Shown here: positions 18,495 to 19,057 of the stretch, one piece after another
Numbering within the stretch: position 1 is the stretch's first letter
Layout of the letters: every line of letters starts with the position of its first letter
NCBI GenBank assembly: GCA_049472315.1
Contig: JBLIRN010000049.1
Span: forward strand, 1-19,057
DNA: 19,057 nt
Reading direction: 5' to 3'
Source: a bacterium
GTDB lineage: Bacteria > SZUA-182 > DTGQ01 > JAFGSM01
Made by a program: the position numbers and the translations under genes
Notes under the pieces: model-generated
What the model was told of the DNA's origin: nothing
The model's input: the letters and a program-made list of their open reading frames with translations, nothing else
The model's database searches: none

Positions 18495-19057
18495 ATGGTC
18501 AGGAAAGAGATTCCGAGCATCAAAAAGGGATGTATCACCCTTCTTTGCTTGATCCTGCTGTGTTGTCTTCTTTCATTCGGACTGTGCCCCCGCGCCGATG
18601 CGCAGGGGGACGATGCCCTGGAGGTAAATAACGCAGGGCTGCAGAACGACACCCCCCAGCAGGCAACCCTGATCGATCCGGGCGAGCACCCGGGGCTCAT
18701 ATGTAACGACGCCGATTGGTACCGGGTCAGCATCCCTGCTGCAGGCGGGATGCATGCGGCAAACCTCAGGGCGAGCATCTCCTTTGTGCATTCGCAGGGG
18801 GACCTGGATATGGTCCTGTACGATGCCCAAATCCCGGTCACCAGCTACAACTACCTGGATACCTCCACCCTGACCGCCGACGAGGAGGTGGTTTCCGCCT
18901 CCGTACCGCCGGGGGACTACCTGGTAAAGGTCTACGGCTATCAGGGGGTGACGAACAGCAACTACACCCTCACCGTAACCATACGCTATGCCTGCCAATC
19001 CGCCCCGTACGAATGGATCGAGATCGGGCAGGAGGCGCAGGTGGTGCCGCTTGCGGA
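18495..19057 (+). CDS. Secreted protein with PPC (pre-peptidase C-terminal)-like domain, 5' part only (not in the ORF track)
   Basis: GGAGG RBS, then MVRKEIPSIKKGCITLLCLILLCCLLSFGLCPRADA (signal peptide with AxA site), DDALE..ND, DADWYRV, GDLDMVLYD, PGDYLVKVYGY, NYTLTV. The frame stays open to the window end. Confidence 0.8.
   Translation, partial: MVRKEIPSIKKGCITLLCLILLCCLLSFGLCPRADAQGDDALEVNNAGLQNDTPQQATLIDPGEHPGLICNDADWYRVSIPAAGGMHAANLRASISFVHSQGDLDMVLYDAQIPVTSYNYLDTSTLTADEEVVSASVPPGDYLVKVYGYQGVTNSNYTLTVTIRYACQSAPYEWIEIGQEAQVVPLA

Overview
Bacterial chromosomal window with no mobile element, rRNA, tRNA or CRISPR array. The left part (1-6505) is GC-rich housekeeping DNA: the 5' part of ftsH (minus strand, truncated by the window edge), divergent from a groES-groEL operon with a sigma70 promoter and a CIRCE operator, then an RlmI-type rRNA methyltransferase and an uncharacterised FAD-dependent oxidoreductase. 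The right part looks less GC-rich by eye and is mostly signalling genes: a stand-alone CBM48 glycogen-binding protein, an EEP-family nuclease/phosphatase, then a three-gene cassette of an orphan PotD/PotF-like polyamine-binding lipoprotein, a Cache-HAMP histidine kinase and a REC-HD-GYP phosphodiesterase. A 7-PAS/GAF hybrid kinase and the start of a secreted PPC-domain protein follow. Two observations stand out. (1) The transporter-less PotD + kinase + HD-GYP cassette is a candidate polyamine-sensing two-component route to c-di-GMP degradation. (2) A ~70-bp non-coding repeat family forms a higher-order tandem array at 7532-7847 and recurs in inverted, degenerate form at 3372-3480 and 13551-13590. 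All product calls come from motif recognition by eye; no database searches were run.
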